A DNA stretch of 64,000 nt, from contig OZ244905.1 of NCBI GenBank assembly GCA_965221695.1, forward strand, positions 2,880,001 through 2,944,000, in the 5' to 3' direction. Below, one piece after another: positions 22,006 through 33,313 of this stretch; the stretch's first letter is position 1; every line of letters starts with the position of its first letter. The position numbers and the translations under genes are program-made. The notes under the pieces were generated by a model. That model was not told where the DNA came from, ran no database searches, and saw nothing but the letters and a program-made list of their open reading frames with translations. The DNA is from Gammaproteobacteria bacterium (lineage in GTDB: Bacteria; Pseudomonadota; Gammaproteobacteria; Eutrophobiales; Eutrophobiaceae).

Positions 22006-22776
22006 TCAGGAATTGGCCAGAGTGATGTAGTCCTCGACGCTCAATTCTGCCGGTCTTGCGTTGGGCGGGATCTTCAATTCTTCCAGTTGCGACGGATTGA
22101 ACCATGGTTTTAATCCATTGCTGATCTGCTTGCGCCGGGCGGAGAACGCGGTTCGCACCAACTCCGTGAACAGGTCGAAATCCCTGATTCGGTCCACTGC
22201 TCCCGGCATAACTCTCAAGCTGACTACGGCTGAGTCGACTGCCGGCCTGGGGCTGAAGGCGGCGGGCATAACATCAAACAGTTTTACCGCGCGGCAGCGC
22301 GCCTGTACCATCACGCTGAGCCTGCCGTATTCGGGCGTGCCCGCGGCGGCGCAAATGCGGTCAACCACTTCTTTCTGCAACATGAACAGCATCCGCTTCA
22401 CCTCGTCAAAGCCAAGCAGGTGGAACAGGAGCGGCGTCGAGATGTTATACGGCAGGTTGCCGACCACTTTCAGCGGCGCCGGCGCAAACGTCCCAAAATC
22501 CACTTTCAGGACATCCTGCCGAACCAGGTTTAAGCGCCCGATGTTCTTGCATCGTTCAACCAGTTCCGCGGCCAGGTCGCGGTCCACCTCAACCACATCA
22601 AGCGTACCGGTTTTGCGTAGCAACGGGAGGGTCAGCGCGCCCTTGCCGGGACCTATCTCGACAATACGCTCGCCCGGGTGCGGGTCAATGGCCTGGATTA
22701 ACCTCTCAACAATATGCGCGTCCCTGAGAAAATGCTGGCCGAAGCGCCGGCGCGCAGGAGGCATGAACCGTGTCAA
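22006..22776 (-). CDS. rsmA: 16S rRNA adenine dimethyltransferase
   Basis: FGQHFL, VEIGPGKG, VGNLPYNISTP, MLQKEV. Confidence 0.96.
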   Translation of the reverse strand: MTRFMPPARRRFGQHFLRDAHIVERLIQAIDPHPGERIVEIGPGKGALTLPLLRKTGTLDVVEVDRDLAAELVERCKNIGRLNLVRQDVLKVDFGTFAPAPLKVVGNLPYNISTPLLFHLLGFDEVKRMLFMLQKEVVDRICAAAGTPEYGRLSVMVQARCRAVKLFDVMPAAFSPRPAVDSAVVSLRVMPGAVDRIRDFDLFTELVRTAFSARRKQISNGLKPWFNPSQLEELKIPPNARPAELSVEDYITLANS

Positions 22777-23753
22777 CCCCGGGCCAGATCAATGGCTAAA
22801 TCGATGGCTGCGCACAGGCTGCTTGCATCAGCCTGTCCAGTTCCAGCCAAGTGGTAGGCAGTGCCGTGGTCAACCGAGGTCCGGATAAATGGCAGCCCCA
22901 GGGTGATATTAACGATTTTGCCAAAACCATGAGATTTAAGAACCGGCAGACCTTGATCATGATACATGCTAACCACCGCATCCACTCCCTCCAGGGAAGC
23001 AGCGGTAAAAGCGGTGTCCGCTGAAACCGGCCCTGTCAGCTTCAGACCCTCCGAATTCAATTCATTGATAACCGGAGTTATGATCTCATCCTCTTCCTTA
23101 CCTAGCAGGCCACGCTCTCCGGCATGCGGGTTGAGACCACAAATCAGCAGGCGCGGGTCGTCAATGTTGAACTTTGCCCGCATTTCGTCCGCCAAGACCG
23201 TGAGAACATCGCGCAGACGCTGGCGGGTGATGCGACTGGCGACCTGGCGCAAGGGCATATGTGTCGTGACCAGCGCCACCCGGGCAAAGTCATTGGTCAG
23301 CATCATCACCGGCGATGGACTGTTGCAGAGACTGGCTATGTACTCAGTATGTCCTTTAAATTTGTGGCCGGCCGCGGCAATGATGGCCTTGTCTACAGGG
23401 CAGGTAACCATAGCATCAAATTCACCTGACATGCAGCCTTCCACCGCGCGCTCAATGGCCGATACCACACAGTCGGCGTTGCGCTGCGTTGCTTTTCCGG
23501 GGTCTACCGCGGCTGCCAACGGTTGGTGCAGGTAGAACAGTTGCCCTAATTTGTGCGGCCTGGCTGCTTCATCGGGGTCGTACTGGATCAACTCAATATC
23601 GAGGCCCAGCATACGCGCCCGATCATGCAGAGTTTCGGGATCGCCAATCACAACTTTCTGCGCCCAGACATGATGGCGGGCGCTGGCAAGCAGGATATCA
23701 GGGCCGATACCCGCAGGATCTCCCATGGTCAAGGCCAACCGCGGACAGATCAT
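22773..23753 (-). CDS. pdxA: 4-hydroxythreonine-4-phosphate dehydrogenase
   Basis: TMGDPAGIGP, GHTEY, GLNPHAGE, MYHDQGL, RTSVDHGTA; ATG 23753 coupled to the surA stop. Confidence 0.96.
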   Translation of the reverse strand: MICPRLALTMGDPAGIGPDILLASARHHVWAQKVVIGDPETLHDRARMLGLDIELIQYDPDEAARPHKLGQLFYLHQPLAAAVDPGKATQRNADCVVSAIERAVEGCMSGEFDAMVTCPVDKAIIAAAGHKFKGHTEYIASLCNSPSPVMMLTNDFARVALVTTHMPLRQVASRITRQRLRDVLTVLADEMRAKFNIDDPRLLICGLNPHAGERGLLGKEEDEIITPVINELNSEGLKLTGPVSADTAFTAASLEGVDAVVSMYHDQGLPVLKSHGFGKIVNITLGLPFIRTSVDHGTAYHLAGTGQADASSLCAAIDLAIDLARG

Positions 23754-25039
23754 GATCCCAGCCGGTACTCCACATAGGCCTCGTCTCGCATTTGCCGCAA
23801 CCAATCGGTGCGCGCCTCTTCCAGTTTACGCCGGCGGATCGCCTCCCTGGCTCGCGCCCGCTTGATATCCTCGGTACTGTCGTGCTCGCGCCGGTCCAGC
23901 ACCTGGACGATATGAAATCCGAATTGCGACTGAAACGGCTGACTGGTAGCGCCGGGCTCGAGAGAATTCATGACATTCTCAAATTCCGGAACCAGATCGC
24001 CAGGATTCACCCAGCCCAGGCTCCCACCGTCGGCGGCGCTCACGGTGTCGGCGGAATGTGCCTTGGCCAGCTCGGCAAAATCATCCCCGCCCTCAATGCG
24101 CATCCGCAGTTGTTGCAATCGGCGCAGGGCATCCTCGGGCGTAGTCAGTTCATCGGGACGGATCAGGATATGTCTGGCCTGGGTCTGAGTGACAACCACC
24201 TGTTCGCTACTACGTTTGTCCAGCAGCTTGATGATGTGGTAGCCGCTGGGGCTCTTGATAATGTCGCTCAGATCGCCAATCTCCATATCAGAAATGAAAT
24301 CGGCAAATAATGTCGGGACCTGACCGGCCTTGCGCCAGCCCAGGTCGCCCCCGTCCAACGCCTGCTGGCCGTCGGAGTATGTGGCTGCCATATTGGCAAA
24401 ATCTGCGCCGTCCTGAAGTTCGCCCAACGCCTTCTCTGCGGTTTCCCGAGCACGCGTCACCTGGTTCGTGGAAGCCCCTTCAGGAATTGCGATAAGGATA
24501 TGGGCAATATGGAACTCGATGTCCGTTTCCCCTTGATGTTCCTGGTTTGACAGGTAGTTATTGATCTCTCGGTCGGTGACCATGACCCGGTTGTCGACCT
24601 GGCGTTGCTGTAGCCGGGAGATGAGAATCTCGTCGCGGATTTCCTTACGGAAGGCCTCGTAGCCGAAACCGTCTTGCTCCAGAATCTCCCTGAACTGGTT
24701 CAGGCTCAACTCGTTTTCCCTGGCAATATTGTTGATGGTGCGGTTCAGAGTCTCATCATCGACCCGGATCCCCGTATTCTGCGCCATCTGGATCTGCAAC
24801 TTAGTCATGATCAACCTGTCCAGCACCTGTTTTTCCAAGATGGGCTGTGGCGGCAATGGAATGTTTTGTTCCTGCATCTGAGCGGTCACCGCGCTGATCT
24901 TTCCGACCAATTCGCTGCGCATGATCACGTCATCGTTGATGACCGCAACAATTCGGTCCAAGTCCAGCGCTGCCGCAGCGCTGGTCAGTAGCGTCCCGGT
25001 GAGCGCCAACAGCGCAAGATGTCTCATTGCTCGTCTCAT
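23750..25039 (-). CDS. surA: Periplasmic chaperone/PPIase SurA
   Basis: Signal peptide, DRIVAVIN, two parvulin domains (HILI...GGDLGW). Confidence 0.95.
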   Translation of the reverse strand: MRRAMRHLALLALTGTLLTSAAAALDLDRIVAVINDDVIMRSELVGKISAVTAQMQEQNIPLPPQPILEKQVLDRLIMTKLQIQMAQNTGIRVDDETLNRTINNIARENELSLNQFREILEQDGFGYEAFRKEIRDEILISRLQQRQVDNRVMVTDREINNYLSNQEHQGETDIEFHIAHILIAIPEGASTNQVTRARETAEKALGELQDGADFANMAATYSDGQQALDGGDLGWRKAGQVPTLFADFISDMEIGDLSDIIKSPSGYHIIKLLDKRSSEQVVVTQTQARHILIRPDELTTPEDALRRLQQLRMRIEGGDDFAELAKAHSADTVSAADGGSLGWVNPGDLVPEFENVMNSLEPGATSQPFQSQFGFHIVQVLDRREHDSTEDIKRARAREAIRRRKLEEARTDWLRQMRDEAYVEYRLGS

Positions 25040-27348
25040 CGCAGCGGCGCTCTCTCACCGTAGCCCGGTATCGCCTGGTTTAGGAGTTCTGCAGTTCTCT
25101 GACCAATGCTTCCCAGTCCTTTCAACTGCAACTGCAGGAAGAAACCGGTGCTGAAATCGCCGTCCAGGTTGGACAGGAAGCGGCGGCTGACTGCTTTTAT
25201 GGCGAAACAGCAACCCTCGTATTCCACCCCGAAGAACAAGTCCAGAGAACGCCCTTCGGATACCGCGTAGTTCCAGCGGCCTACGGCATTCAGCCTGTCA
25301 GTCAGGGGCCAACTGAACGACACATCGGATTGTTCAATGTCCGTGGGTATGCGCCGTATCTGGCCGGTTTCAGCTCGCCTCACCCGGTAAGCCAGGTTGA
25401 TCACCTTGCTGTCTGCCGGGTTGTATTGCGCGGTAAGCGCCATTTTCCGGGTGAGTTTATCGTTGATGTCCCAACTTATCTCCGCGCCCAGTCTCAGGTC
25501 GTCGGTCAGGTTGGCGTCGGCTTCGACGATTATCGGCGAGAGCAGATCGTTTTCCAGTATCCCAATATCCACCAGTTCTCCCTGTGCGCCCAGGATCTGC
25601 CTGATGACATTCTGATCTTCCAGGTAAAACGATTGCGCCACCTGCAACGAGGCAACTTGTTTGCCGGTATCCCGGTTGAGCAGCCGGCTGCCCAAGGCCA
25701 GCGTGATCTGGTTCGTGTCACCGATCCGGTCGTAACCGCTGAAGCGGTTTTCCCGGAACAGGGCGTTATAGTCCAGGTTATAGACCGACGAGTCGAATAC
25801 CGGCAGCTTGTTCTGGTCCTCGTGCGGCACGTACAGGTAGAACAGCCGGGGTTCCAGCGTGTGCAGGAAGTTGCTGTTCCGCCACTGGCCCTCGCGCTCC
25901 AGGAACACACCGCTGTCTACACTGACGATGGGCAAGGTCCTGCTGGGACTTTTTGTAAAAGGCCCTTGCCGATCCAGGTTGTACTGGGTGAAGCGCACGC
26001 CGATCTTGGGAACGAGGAAAGCCGCCTGGGTGCGGATCGGATAGCTTATGGACGGGTACAGATCGGCGCGGAAGCCGGTCACGTCCACCGTAACCCCGGT
26101 TTCGCCGGTCCGGTCGAAATAGGTGAAGTCCGTCAGCAGATTGAGGTTGATTTTTTTGTTGCCGCGTAGGGGAGAGTACCTGAATTGCAGACGCGGCAGA
26201 TTTTTGTAGGGCCTGGATGTCACCGCGATACTCTGGTCGACGATCTGGTAACTGTGCAAGCGCCCCAAAAAGCTCCAGTTGCTGCCGCGGTAGGTCAAGT
26301 CCGCTCGACGGGGCAGATAGCGGGTGCTGGAAATCGCCAGTTCCGTGCCAAAATCCTCCAGGTATTCCGGGTCCGAAGCCCGGTTGTAGACCACATAAAG
26401 CTGTCCCCGATCGAGGAAGCGTTGGTTAAGCTCAATGTTGATCATGCTCCGGTCGCGATCGTCAAACCCGACATCGCCCGGCAGGTATTCCAGGTTTATC
26501 TCGCCCTCGCCCCCGTCGACCAGGTAGCGGTACTCCAGCATGCCCATCACGCCGCTGTTGGTCAGCGCCCGGGGCGTGATGGTCGCGTCCATATTAGGCG
26601 AAATATTCCAGTAATAGGGCAACCGGGTTTCAACCCCGCCATGGCTGTTTTTGCCGATGCCAGGCGCGAGAAAACCGGATTTGCGAGTTCTGCTCAAGGG
26701 AAAAGTGAAGTAGGGTGAATAGAACACAGGTATATCCTTGATCCTCAGGACAATATCTCTGCCGGAACCGCGATCCGTATCATGATTAAGCGTTAGCGAA
26801 CGCGCGTCGATACGCCAGAAATTCTCCTCGATGTCGCCGCCGTTTGCCGGCGCGCAGGTACTGAAACTCATGCCTTCCCCGGAAGTCAGGGCGCCGGGGT
26901 CGATGAACAGTTTGTCGGCCCTGCCCCGGGCATCGCTGTCCGGCAGGTAGTAGTCGGCGCCGGACACGGTTGCCGTGCCCTCGCCCACATCGATCTGCGC
27001 GCTCTCACCGGCCAGGAACAGCGATTCCTCCCAGAACTTCACGTTGCCGGACAAGTCGACGGAATCTTGCGAGTCATCGTAGACCGCGGCATCCGCGCGT
27101 GCCTGCCATGTGTCCGTGGACATCTCGACGGAACCCGACAGGTTTGAGATGCCTTCCTCAGTCAGGTCGATACTATCGGCATCCAGGTAGGTATCGCCTT
27201 CCTCCAGGTTCACGTCCACCAGCGGCCGTTCCGGCACCTGGAACACGATGGGGCAGAACGGCCCGCCGGCAGCCGGCGTGTCTTGCGCCGCGGCGGCGCC
27301 GGACAAGAGCAGGCTTAACAGAATAATATTTTTAATCCCGCTGATCAT
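25036..27348 (-). CDS. lptD: LPS assembly protein LptD
   Basis: FSTC, PVFYSPY...[36 protein letters not shown]; upstream of surA. Confidence 0.95.
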   Translation of the reverse strand: MISGIKNIILLSLLLSGAAAAQDTPAAGGPFCPIVFQVPERPLVDVNLEEGDTYLDADSIDLTEEGISNLSGSVEMSTDTWQARADAAVYDDSQDSVDLSGNVKFWEESLFLAGESAQIDVGEGTATVSGADYYLPDSDARGRADKLFIDPGALTSGEGMSFSTCAPANGGDIEENFWRIDARSLTLNHDTDRGSGRDIVLRIKDIPVFYSPYFTFPLSRTRKSGFLAPGIGKNSHGGVETRLPYYWNISPNMDATITPRALTNSGVMGMLEYRYLVDGGEGEINLEYLPGDVGFDDRDRSMINIELNQRFLDRGQLYVVYNRASDPEYLEDFGTELAISSTRYLPRRADLTYRGSNWSFLGRLHSYQIVDQSIAVTSRPYKNLPRLQFRYSPLRGNKKINLNLLTDFTYFDRTGETGVTVDVTGFRADLYPSISYPIRTQAAFLVPKIGVRFTQYNLDRQGPFTKSPSRTLPIVSVDSGVFLEREGQWRNSNFLHTLEPRLFYLYVPHEDQNKLPVFDSSVYNLDYNALFRENRFSGYDRIGDTNQITLALGSRLLNRDTGKQVASLQVAQSFYLEDQNVIRQILGAQGELVDIGILENDLLSPIIVEADANLTDDLRLGAEISWDINDKLTRKMALTAQYNPADSKVINLAYRVRRAETGQIRRIPTDIEQSDVSFSWPLTDRLNAVGRWNYAVSEGRSLDLFFGVEYEGCCFAIKAVSRRFLSNLDGDFSTGFFLQLQLKGLGSIGQRTAELLNQAIPGYGERAPLR

Positions 27349-27911
27349 GTCTTCGGCAAAGTGACCCCTGTCTGGCCCTGGTACTTTCCTTTTCTGTCTT
27401 TGTACGAGGTTTCACAGGACTCATCGGATTGCAGGAAGATCACCTGGGCGACCCCCTCGTTGGCATAAATCTTCGCCGGCAGCGGCGAAGTATTGGAAAA
27501 CTCCAGGGTAATGTGACCCTCCCATTCCGGCTCCAGCGGCGTCACGTTGACAATGATGCCGCAGCGGGCATAGGTGGATTTGCCCAGGCATATCGTCAGC
27601 ACATCCCTGGGAATGCGGAAATACTCGACGGTGCTCGCCAGCGCGAATGAATTGGGCGGGATGATGCAGACGTTCCCCTTGAAATCCACGAAGCTGTCCT
27701 CGTCAAAGCCCTTCGGATCGACGATCGCGGAATTGATATTGGTGAAGATTTTGAATTCATCCGAGCAGCGCACATCATAGCCGTAACTGGACGTACCGTA
27801 GGACACCAGCGGCATGGAACCATTTTGTTTGACCTGCTGCGGTGAAAACGGTTCAATCAGGCCGCAGGCACTGGCCATCTCGCGAATCCATTTATCGCTC
27901 TTTACCGGCAT
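27345..27911 (-). CDS. dcd: dCTP deaminase
   Basis: [33 protein letters not shown]. Confidence 0.96.
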   Translation of the reverse strand: MPVKSDKWIREMASACGLIEPFSPQQVKQNGSMPLVSYGTSSYGYDVRCSDEFKIFTNINSAIVDPKGFDEDSFVDFKGNVCIIPPNSFALASTVEYFRIPRDVLTICLGKSTYARCGIIVNVTPLEPEWEGHITLEFSNTSPLPAKIYANEGVAQVIFLQSDESCETSYKDRKGKYQGQTGVTLPKT

Positions 27912-29003
27912 TCAGGCGTTCTCGACCACAATCTTCGGGAACCGGGCGCTGTAGTCCTTCGCCCGCAGCGACAATCTTGCCGCAGCCTTGCGGGAGATGG
28001 CCCGGTAGGTCTCGGCAATGGGCGAGTCCGGGTCCATCGCCACGGTCGGCCGGCCGTTGTCCGCGCCTTCGCGGATGCTGATGTCCAGCGGCAAGGAACC
28101 GAGCAGGTCAACATCATACTGCTCCGCCATCTGCTGCCCGCCGCCACTGCCGAAGATATGTTCTTCGTGGCCGCATTGGCTGCAAATGTGTGTGCTCATG
28201 TTCTCGACGATGCCCAGCACCGGCACCTCGACCTTTTCGAACATCTTCAGGCCCTTGCGCGCGTCCAGCAGCGCGATGTCCTGCGGCGTGGTCACAATGA
28301 TCGCGCCGGAAACCGGGATCTTCTGGCACAGCGTGAGTTGGATATCGCCAGTGCCCGGCGGCAGGTCGATGATCAGGTAATCCAGGTCCGACCAGTTGGT
28401 GTCGCCCAGCAACTGCTCCAGCGCCGAGGTGACCATGGGGCCGCGCCAGATCATCGGCGTCTCCTCGTTCACCAGGTAGCCGATGGACATGGACTGCAAG
28501 TGGTAGCTGATGTTCGGTTCGATGGACTTGCCGTCATGGCTGTCCGGCTTGGCGCGGCAGCCAAGCATGCGCGGCTGGCTCGGCCCGTAAATGTCCGCAT
28601 CCAGGATGCCGGTCTTCGCCCCTTCCGCGTGCAAGGCCAGGGCCAGGTTCACGGCCGTCGTCGATTTGCCGACGCCGCCCTTGCCGGAGGCAACCGCGAT
28701 CGTGTTCTTGATGCTGTCAACAGTTTTCACGCCGCGCTGCACCGCATGAGACCTGATGTCAGTATCGATGTCCAGGTCTATGCCGCCCACGCCGGGGATC
28801 TGCTGTAACGCCGTGCGCACCGCGTCCCGCAGCGCGTCCAGGTAGCCCTGCGCCGGGTAACCCATTTGCAGGGAAATTCTGATATTATCTCCACTGATTT
28901 GAATATCCTTGACCATTTCAGCGGAGACGAGGTCTTTTTCCAGGTTAATGTCCTGAACCCCGGCCAGGACCGATTTGATTGCTTCAGGGTTTGTATTCAG
29001 CAT
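27912..29003 (-). CDS. apbC: Fe-S cluster carrier ApbC/Mrp
   Basis: VASGKGGVGKST, DADIYGPS, DLPPGTGD, ENMS..IC..CG. Confidence 0.95.
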   Translation of the reverse strand: MLNTNPEAIKSVLAGVQDINLEKDLVSAEMVKDIQISGDNIRISLQMGYPAQGYLDALRDAVRTALQQIPGVGGIDLDIDTDIRSHAVQRGVKTVDSIKNTIAVASGKGGVGKSTTAVNLALALHAEGAKTGILDADIYGPSQPRMLGCRAKPDSHDGKSIEPNISYHLQSMSIGYLVNEETPMIWRGPMVTSALEQLLGDTNWSDLDYLIIDLPPGTGDIQLTLCQKIPVSGAIIVTTPQDIALLDARKGLKMFEKVEVPVLGIVENMSTHICSQCGHEEHIFGSGGGQQMAEQYDVDLLGSLPLDISIREGADNGRPTVAMDPDSPIAETYRAISRKAAARLSLRAKDYSARFPKIVVENA

Positions 29004-29097
29004 AAGCGTTTGCCGTCTCGTATTCGCTCTGTCGGTAAACAAACAGGCATTTTACATCAATTTTACTGTATAACCTATGCGCGGTGGCATATTAAAA

Positions 29098-31353
29098 TTG
29101 ACAGACCAAAAACGTAAAATCTTCGTTACCAGCGCATTGCCGTATGCGAACGGATCGATCCACATTGGCCACCTGCTGGAGGCGATCCAGACGGATATCT
29201 GGGTGCGTTTTCAGAAACTGCGCGGCCACGACTGCTTGTATATCTGCGCCGACGATGCGCATGGCACGCCGATCATGCTCAGCGCGGACAGCCAGGGCAT
29301 TACCCCGGAACAGTTGATCGAGCGCATCCACGCCGAACACGAGCGCGATTACGCCGGCTTCGGCATCGGATTCGACAACTTCTACACCACCCATTCTGAA
29401 GAAAACAGGGAGGTGGCCGAGGCCATTTATGCGCGCCTCGACGCCGCCGGCCACATCAAGCGCCGTACCATCCGCCAATTCTACGACCCGGTGAAAGAGA
29501 TGTTCCTGCCGGACCGCTTCATCCGTGGCGAATGCCCGTTCTGCCATGCCCCGGACCAGTACGGCGACAGTTGCGAGTCCTGCAACCGCACGTACACGCC
29601 CACGGACCTGATCAACCCGGTCTCCTCCATCTCCGGGGCGACGCCGGTGGAAAAGGAGTCCGAGCATTATTTCTTCGACCTGCCCGCGTTCGAGACCGTG
29701 TTGCGCGACTGGGTCGGCGCCGGGCGCCTGCAACCGGAAGTGGTGAACAAGCTGGACGAGTGGTTCAGCGCCGGCCTGAAGGAGTGGGACATCTCCCGCG
29801 ACGAGCCGTATTTCGGCTTCGAGATACCGGGCGCGCCGGGCAAGTATTTCTACGTGTGGGTAGACGCCCCGATGGGTTACTTCGCCAGCCTGAAGAACCT
29901 GCTGGAACGGCAGGGCAGGGACGTCGAGGAGTATATCGGCGCCGGCAGCAACGCCGAGATGTACCACTTCATCGGCAAGGACATCATGTATTTCCATACG
30001 CTGTTCTGGCCGGCCCTGTTGCACGGCAGCGGTCACCGCCTGCCCAACAACGTCTTCGTACACGGCTTCCTCACCGTGAACGGCCAGAAAATGTCCAAGT
30101 CGCGCGGCACTTTCATCAACGCCAGCGCCTACCTGGAACGGCTGGACCCGGAGTACCTGCGCTATTACTTCGCCGCCAAGTCAGGCAGCGGTGTGGACGA
30201 CATCGACCTCAACCTTGAGGACTTCCGCCAGCGCGTGAATGCCGACCTGGTGGGCAAGGTAGTCAACGTCGCCAGTCGCTGCGCCGGGTTCATCCGCAAG
30301 CGCTTCGGCGGGAAGCTGGGCCCGGCCGTCCATGACGCGGCGTTGTTGCAGGAATTTATCGATGCCGGCGAGGCCGCCGCCGCGGACTATGATGCCCGGG
30401 AATTCGCCCGCGCGATGCGCCGCATCATGGCCTTGGCCGACCGCGCGAACCAGTATATCGACCGGCACAAACCCTGGGAGATGGCCCGGCAGGACTCCGA
30501 ATCGGAACAACTGCAACAGGTCTGCTCCCTGGGCCTGAACCTGTTCCGCATTCTTGTCCTCTACCTGAAACCGGCGCTGCCCGACCTGGCACTGCGCGCC
30601 GAGGAATTCCTCAATGTGGAACCGCTGACCTGGGACGACCTGGCAACGCCACTGCTGGACCACCCGGTACGGAAGTTCAAGCCGCTGCTCACCCGGGTGG
30701 AACAAGCCCACATCGAAGCCGTGGTTGATGCCAGCAAGGGGAGCCTCGGGGGAGGTAATGGTGGAGCAAAGGACAAGAGCAACGGGTCAGAGGACGCCAG
30801 GAACAAGAGCGGTGTGGACGAGAGCAGCGGTGACGCGAGCGGCGGGACAGGGGGCAGTAAGAACAAGAGCGGCAAGCACGCGAACAGCAAGGCAGGAAGT
30901 GGTAGGAACAAGAGCAGTGGCCCCGAAAAAGGCATGGTAGGGGACGCCGGTGGCGGAACAAAGTCAGACACTGGCGCCGAAAAAACCGGAACCGGCAACA
31001 AGCATCTGCAAGATAACCCGATCGCAGCACAGATCACGATAGAAGATTTCGCCAGGATCGACCTGCGCGTGGCAACAATTTCCCACGCCGACTATGTGGA
31101 AGGCGCAGACAAGCTGCTGCAACTGACCCTGGACCTGGACGGAGAAACCAGAAACGTATTCGCCGGCATCCGAAGCGCGTACCGGCCGGAAGACCTGGTC
31201 GGCAGACAAACACTGATGGTAGCCAATCTAGCCCCCAGGAAGATGCGCTTCGGCGTCTCCGAAGGCATGGTGCTGGCCGCCGGCCCCGGCGGTGAGGACA
31301 TCTACCTGCTAAGCCCTGACCAGGGCGCCCAACCAGGCATGAAAGTCAAATAA
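29098..31353 (+). CDS. metG: Methionine--tRNA ligase with expanded low-complexity linker
   Basis: ALPYANG.IHIGH, Zn knuckle, KMSKS, C-terminal tRNA-binding domain; start TTG 29098 (alternative ATG 29077). Confidence 0.97.
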   Translation: MTDQKRKIFVTSALPYANGSIHIGHLLEAIQTDIWVRFQKLRGHDCLYICADDAHGTPIMLSADSQGITPEQLIERIHAEHERDYAGFGIGFDNFYTTHSEENREVAEAIYARLDAAGHIKRRTIRQFYDPVKEMFLPDRFIRGECPFCHAPDQYGDSCESCNRTYTPTDLINPVSSISGATPVEKESEHYFFDLPAFETVLRDWVGAGRLQPEVVNKLDEWFSAGLKEWDISRDEPYFGFEIPGAPGKYFYVWVDAPMGYFASLKNLLERQGRDVEEYIGAGSNAEMYHFIGKDIMYFHTLFWPALLHGSGHRLPNNVFVHGFLTVNGQKMSKSRGTFINASAYLERLDPEYLRYYFAAKSGSGVDDIDLNLEDFRQRVNADLVGKVVNVASRCAGFIRKRFGGKLGPAVHDAALLQEFIDAGEAAAADYDAREFARAMRRIMALADRANQYIDRHKPWEMARQDSESEQLQQVCSLGLNLFRILVLYLKPALPDLALRAEEFLNVEPLTWDDLATPLLDHPVRKFKPLLTRVEQAHIEAVVDASKGSLGGGNGGAKDKSNGSEDARNKSGVDESSGDASGGTGGSKNKSGKHANSKAGSGRNKSSGPEKGMVGDAGGGTKSDTGAEKTGTGNKHLQDNPIAAQITIEDFARIDLRVATISHADYVEGADKLLQLTLDLDGETRNVFAGIRSAYRPEDLVGRQTLMVANLAPRKMRFGVSEGMVLAAGPGGEDIYLLSPDQGAQPGMKVK

Positions 31354-31399
31354 ATTACAGGACAACCAAATCCTCATGATCAGGGCGACTCATTAAATC

Positions 31400-31966
31400 A
31401 TGTCTGAATTAATCCTGATTCTCTTCGCGGCAACCCTGGTCAACAACCTGGTGACCGACCACCTGCTGGGCACAAGCCCAATGCTGGCGGCCGCGCAGCG
31501 GCTTGATGTGGCAACAGACATGGCCATGGCCGTGACGGGCATCACCACCGTGGTCGTCATCACCACCTGGCTGCTGGACAACCTGGTCATCATGCCGCTG
31601 AACCTGGAAAACTACCGGCTGCTGATACTGGTGATGACCGTCATCAGCGTCAGCCAGGCAGTGCGGATAATGCCGGGCAGGTATTGTCCGCGGCTGTTCG
31701 ACAGGGACGGCAGGTTCTACCCGCTGTTGCTGCTGAACTGTACGCTGCTGGGCGTGATGCTGCTGAGCACACAACTGGATACCGGCCTGCTTGGCGCGCT
31801 GGCGTATGGCGCCGGCGCCGGCCTGGGATACTCACTGGTACTGCTGGGCTTCACCGCGATTAACCTGCGCTTGGCCGTTACTGATCTCCCGGCGCCGGTC
31901 AAAGGCTTGCCCTTACAGATGATCACCCTGGGCCTGATCTCCCTCGCGTTCTCCGCGATCACCTGA
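31400..31966 (+). CDS. rnfA: Rnf/Rsx complex subunit A, divergent
   Basis: LVNN, six TM helices, LNC..LG, P.PVKG.P; lies between metG and rnfB. Confidence 0.8.
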   Translation: MSELILILFAATLVNNLVTDHLLGTSPMLAAAQRLDVATDMAMAVTGITTVVVITTWLLDNLVIMPLNLENYRLLILVMTVISVSQAVRIMPGRYCPRLFDRDGRFYPLLLLNCTLLGVMLLSTQLDTGLLGALAYGAGAGLGYSLVLLGFTAINLRLAVTDLPAPVKGLPLQMITLGLISLAFSAIT

Positions 31967-31974
31967 TTTCTCCA

Positions 31975-32502
31975 ATGCTGGAATTGATTCTTGCAACCTC
32001 GGCGTTATTTTTGCTGGGAGTGTTGCCGGCTCTGTTGCTCTCCGGAAGAATTGAACTCGACCCGGACGACCGGGAGAAAACCATCTCCGCAATAGATGCG
32101 CTGTTGCCACAGACCCAATGCGGCGACTGCGGCTATCCCGGCTGCCGGCCTTATGCACAAGCTATTGCAGAACAGGATGTGCCGCTGAATTTGTGCCCTC
32201 CCGGCGGCGCCGCAACAGTCAGAAAGCTCGAAAACCTGTTAGGCAAGCCGCATCAGCATAGTGGCCCGCCCGTTCCTGAATCCCTGGTAGCCGTAATCGA
32301 CGAAGAAACCTGCATAGGTTGTGTAAAATGCATCGACGCCTGCCCCGTGGACGCGATCGTAGGCAGCGCAAAACAACTCCACGCGGTTATCCCGGAATAC
32401 TGCACGGGATGCAAACTGTGCCTCCCTCCCTGCCCGGTAGACTGCATCACTATAATAGGACATTCTCCCTCTCCCATTCCCGCGCAAGCGGGAATCCAGT
32501 GA
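31975..32502 (+). CDS. rnfB: Rnf/Rsx complex subunit B
   Basis: [27 protein letters not shown]...CP, CTGC.LC...CP; last residues come from the repeat. Confidence 0.92.
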   Translation: MLELILATSALFLLGVLPALLLSGRIELDPDDREKTISAIDALLPQTQCGDCGYPGCRPYAQAIAEQDVPLNLCPPGGAATVRKLENLLGKPHQHSGPPVPESLVAVIDEETCIGCVKCIDACPVDAIVGSAKQLHAVIPEYCTGCKLCLPPCPVDCITIIGHSPSPIPAQAGIQ

Positions 32503-32581
32503 GACAAAGGGTCGCTCTTGGGCGACACAATATTGGATTGGATCCCGCTTTTCAGCCGGCGTTGAGCAGGGCGGGAGTGGT
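32474..32581 (+). repeat. Tripartite repeat overlapping the rnfB 3' end
   Basis: A hairpin encodes PIPAQAGIQ-stop; degenerate B; C carries a shortened GGCGTTGAGCAGGG insert. Confidence 0.88.
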
Positions 32582-32589
32582 GATGGATT

Positions 32590-33204
32590 TCAGTCGCGAA
32601 ACAAAGCATCCCTATTAGCGCGGTACTGGTTCAGTGTAAATTCCGCTGCGCGGATGACCGCGCGTTGGCTGGAGGTGGCGCCGCTGATATGGTCGAAATC
32701 ACCGCCGTCTTTTTCTGTTGCCCAGGCATCCTTGGGCGTATTGTCCAGGGAGCGCTCGTTAAAACTCAGTATCCAGCGTGAATTATCCTGGTGCACCTGG
32801 TCGCCCAGGCCCGGTGTTTCCCGGTGCTTGAGGATGCGCACGCCGGCAAGTGTTCCGTCGTAGCGGATACCTATCGCCAGTTCCATCATGCCGTTATAGC
32901 CTCTTGCCAGCACGGGGCTGAAGATCAGGCCCACCGGTTCTGCCCCGCGCCGGGCGCGGAACACGTTGGCCGCTGCCTCCGTCCCGAAATGGGTCGGCAG
33001 GTCGAAACTGATCCTGTCCGCGGGCAAGTCATTGTCGTATTCCAGCGGCAGGACCTCAGCGCCGATTTCCAGGATCGGAAGGTGGCGGTTGCGCGTGATG
33101 GTATCCTGGAAGTATTTCCCCAGCGCATAAATTCCCAGCACTGCGGTAAAGCAGATGAACAACAACGGCAACATGTTCAGCAACAGATTTCTACTTACGG
33201 ACAT
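32590..33204 (-). CDS. rnfG: Rnf/Rsx complex subunit G
   Basis: N-terminal TM, GYNG, H.ETPGLGD, KDGGDFD.ISGAT (FMN-Thr motif). Confidence 0.92.
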   Translation of the reverse strand: MSVSRNLLLNMLPLLFICFTAVLGIYALGKYFQDTITRNRHLPILEIGAEVLPLEYDNDLPADRISFDLPTHFGTEAAANVFRARRGAEPVGLIFSPVLARGYNGMMELAIGIRYDGTLAGVRILKHRETPGLGDQVHQDNSRWILSFNERSLDNTPKDAWATEKDGGDFDHISGATSSQRAVIRAAEFTLNQYRANRDALFRD

Positions 33205-33313
33205 TATCTTTCTCCGGGCGCTTTGGGGCGAGGCAGAAGGTCTATCAACGGCAACATGTTCAGCAACAGATTTCTGCTTACGGACATTATCTTTCTCCGG
33301 GCGCCTTGGGGCG
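33163..33313. repeat. 83-bp-period tandem duplication of the rnfD/rnfG junction
   Basis: 68-bp near-identical copies at 33163-33230 and 33246-33313 (2 mismatches). Confidence 0.92.
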
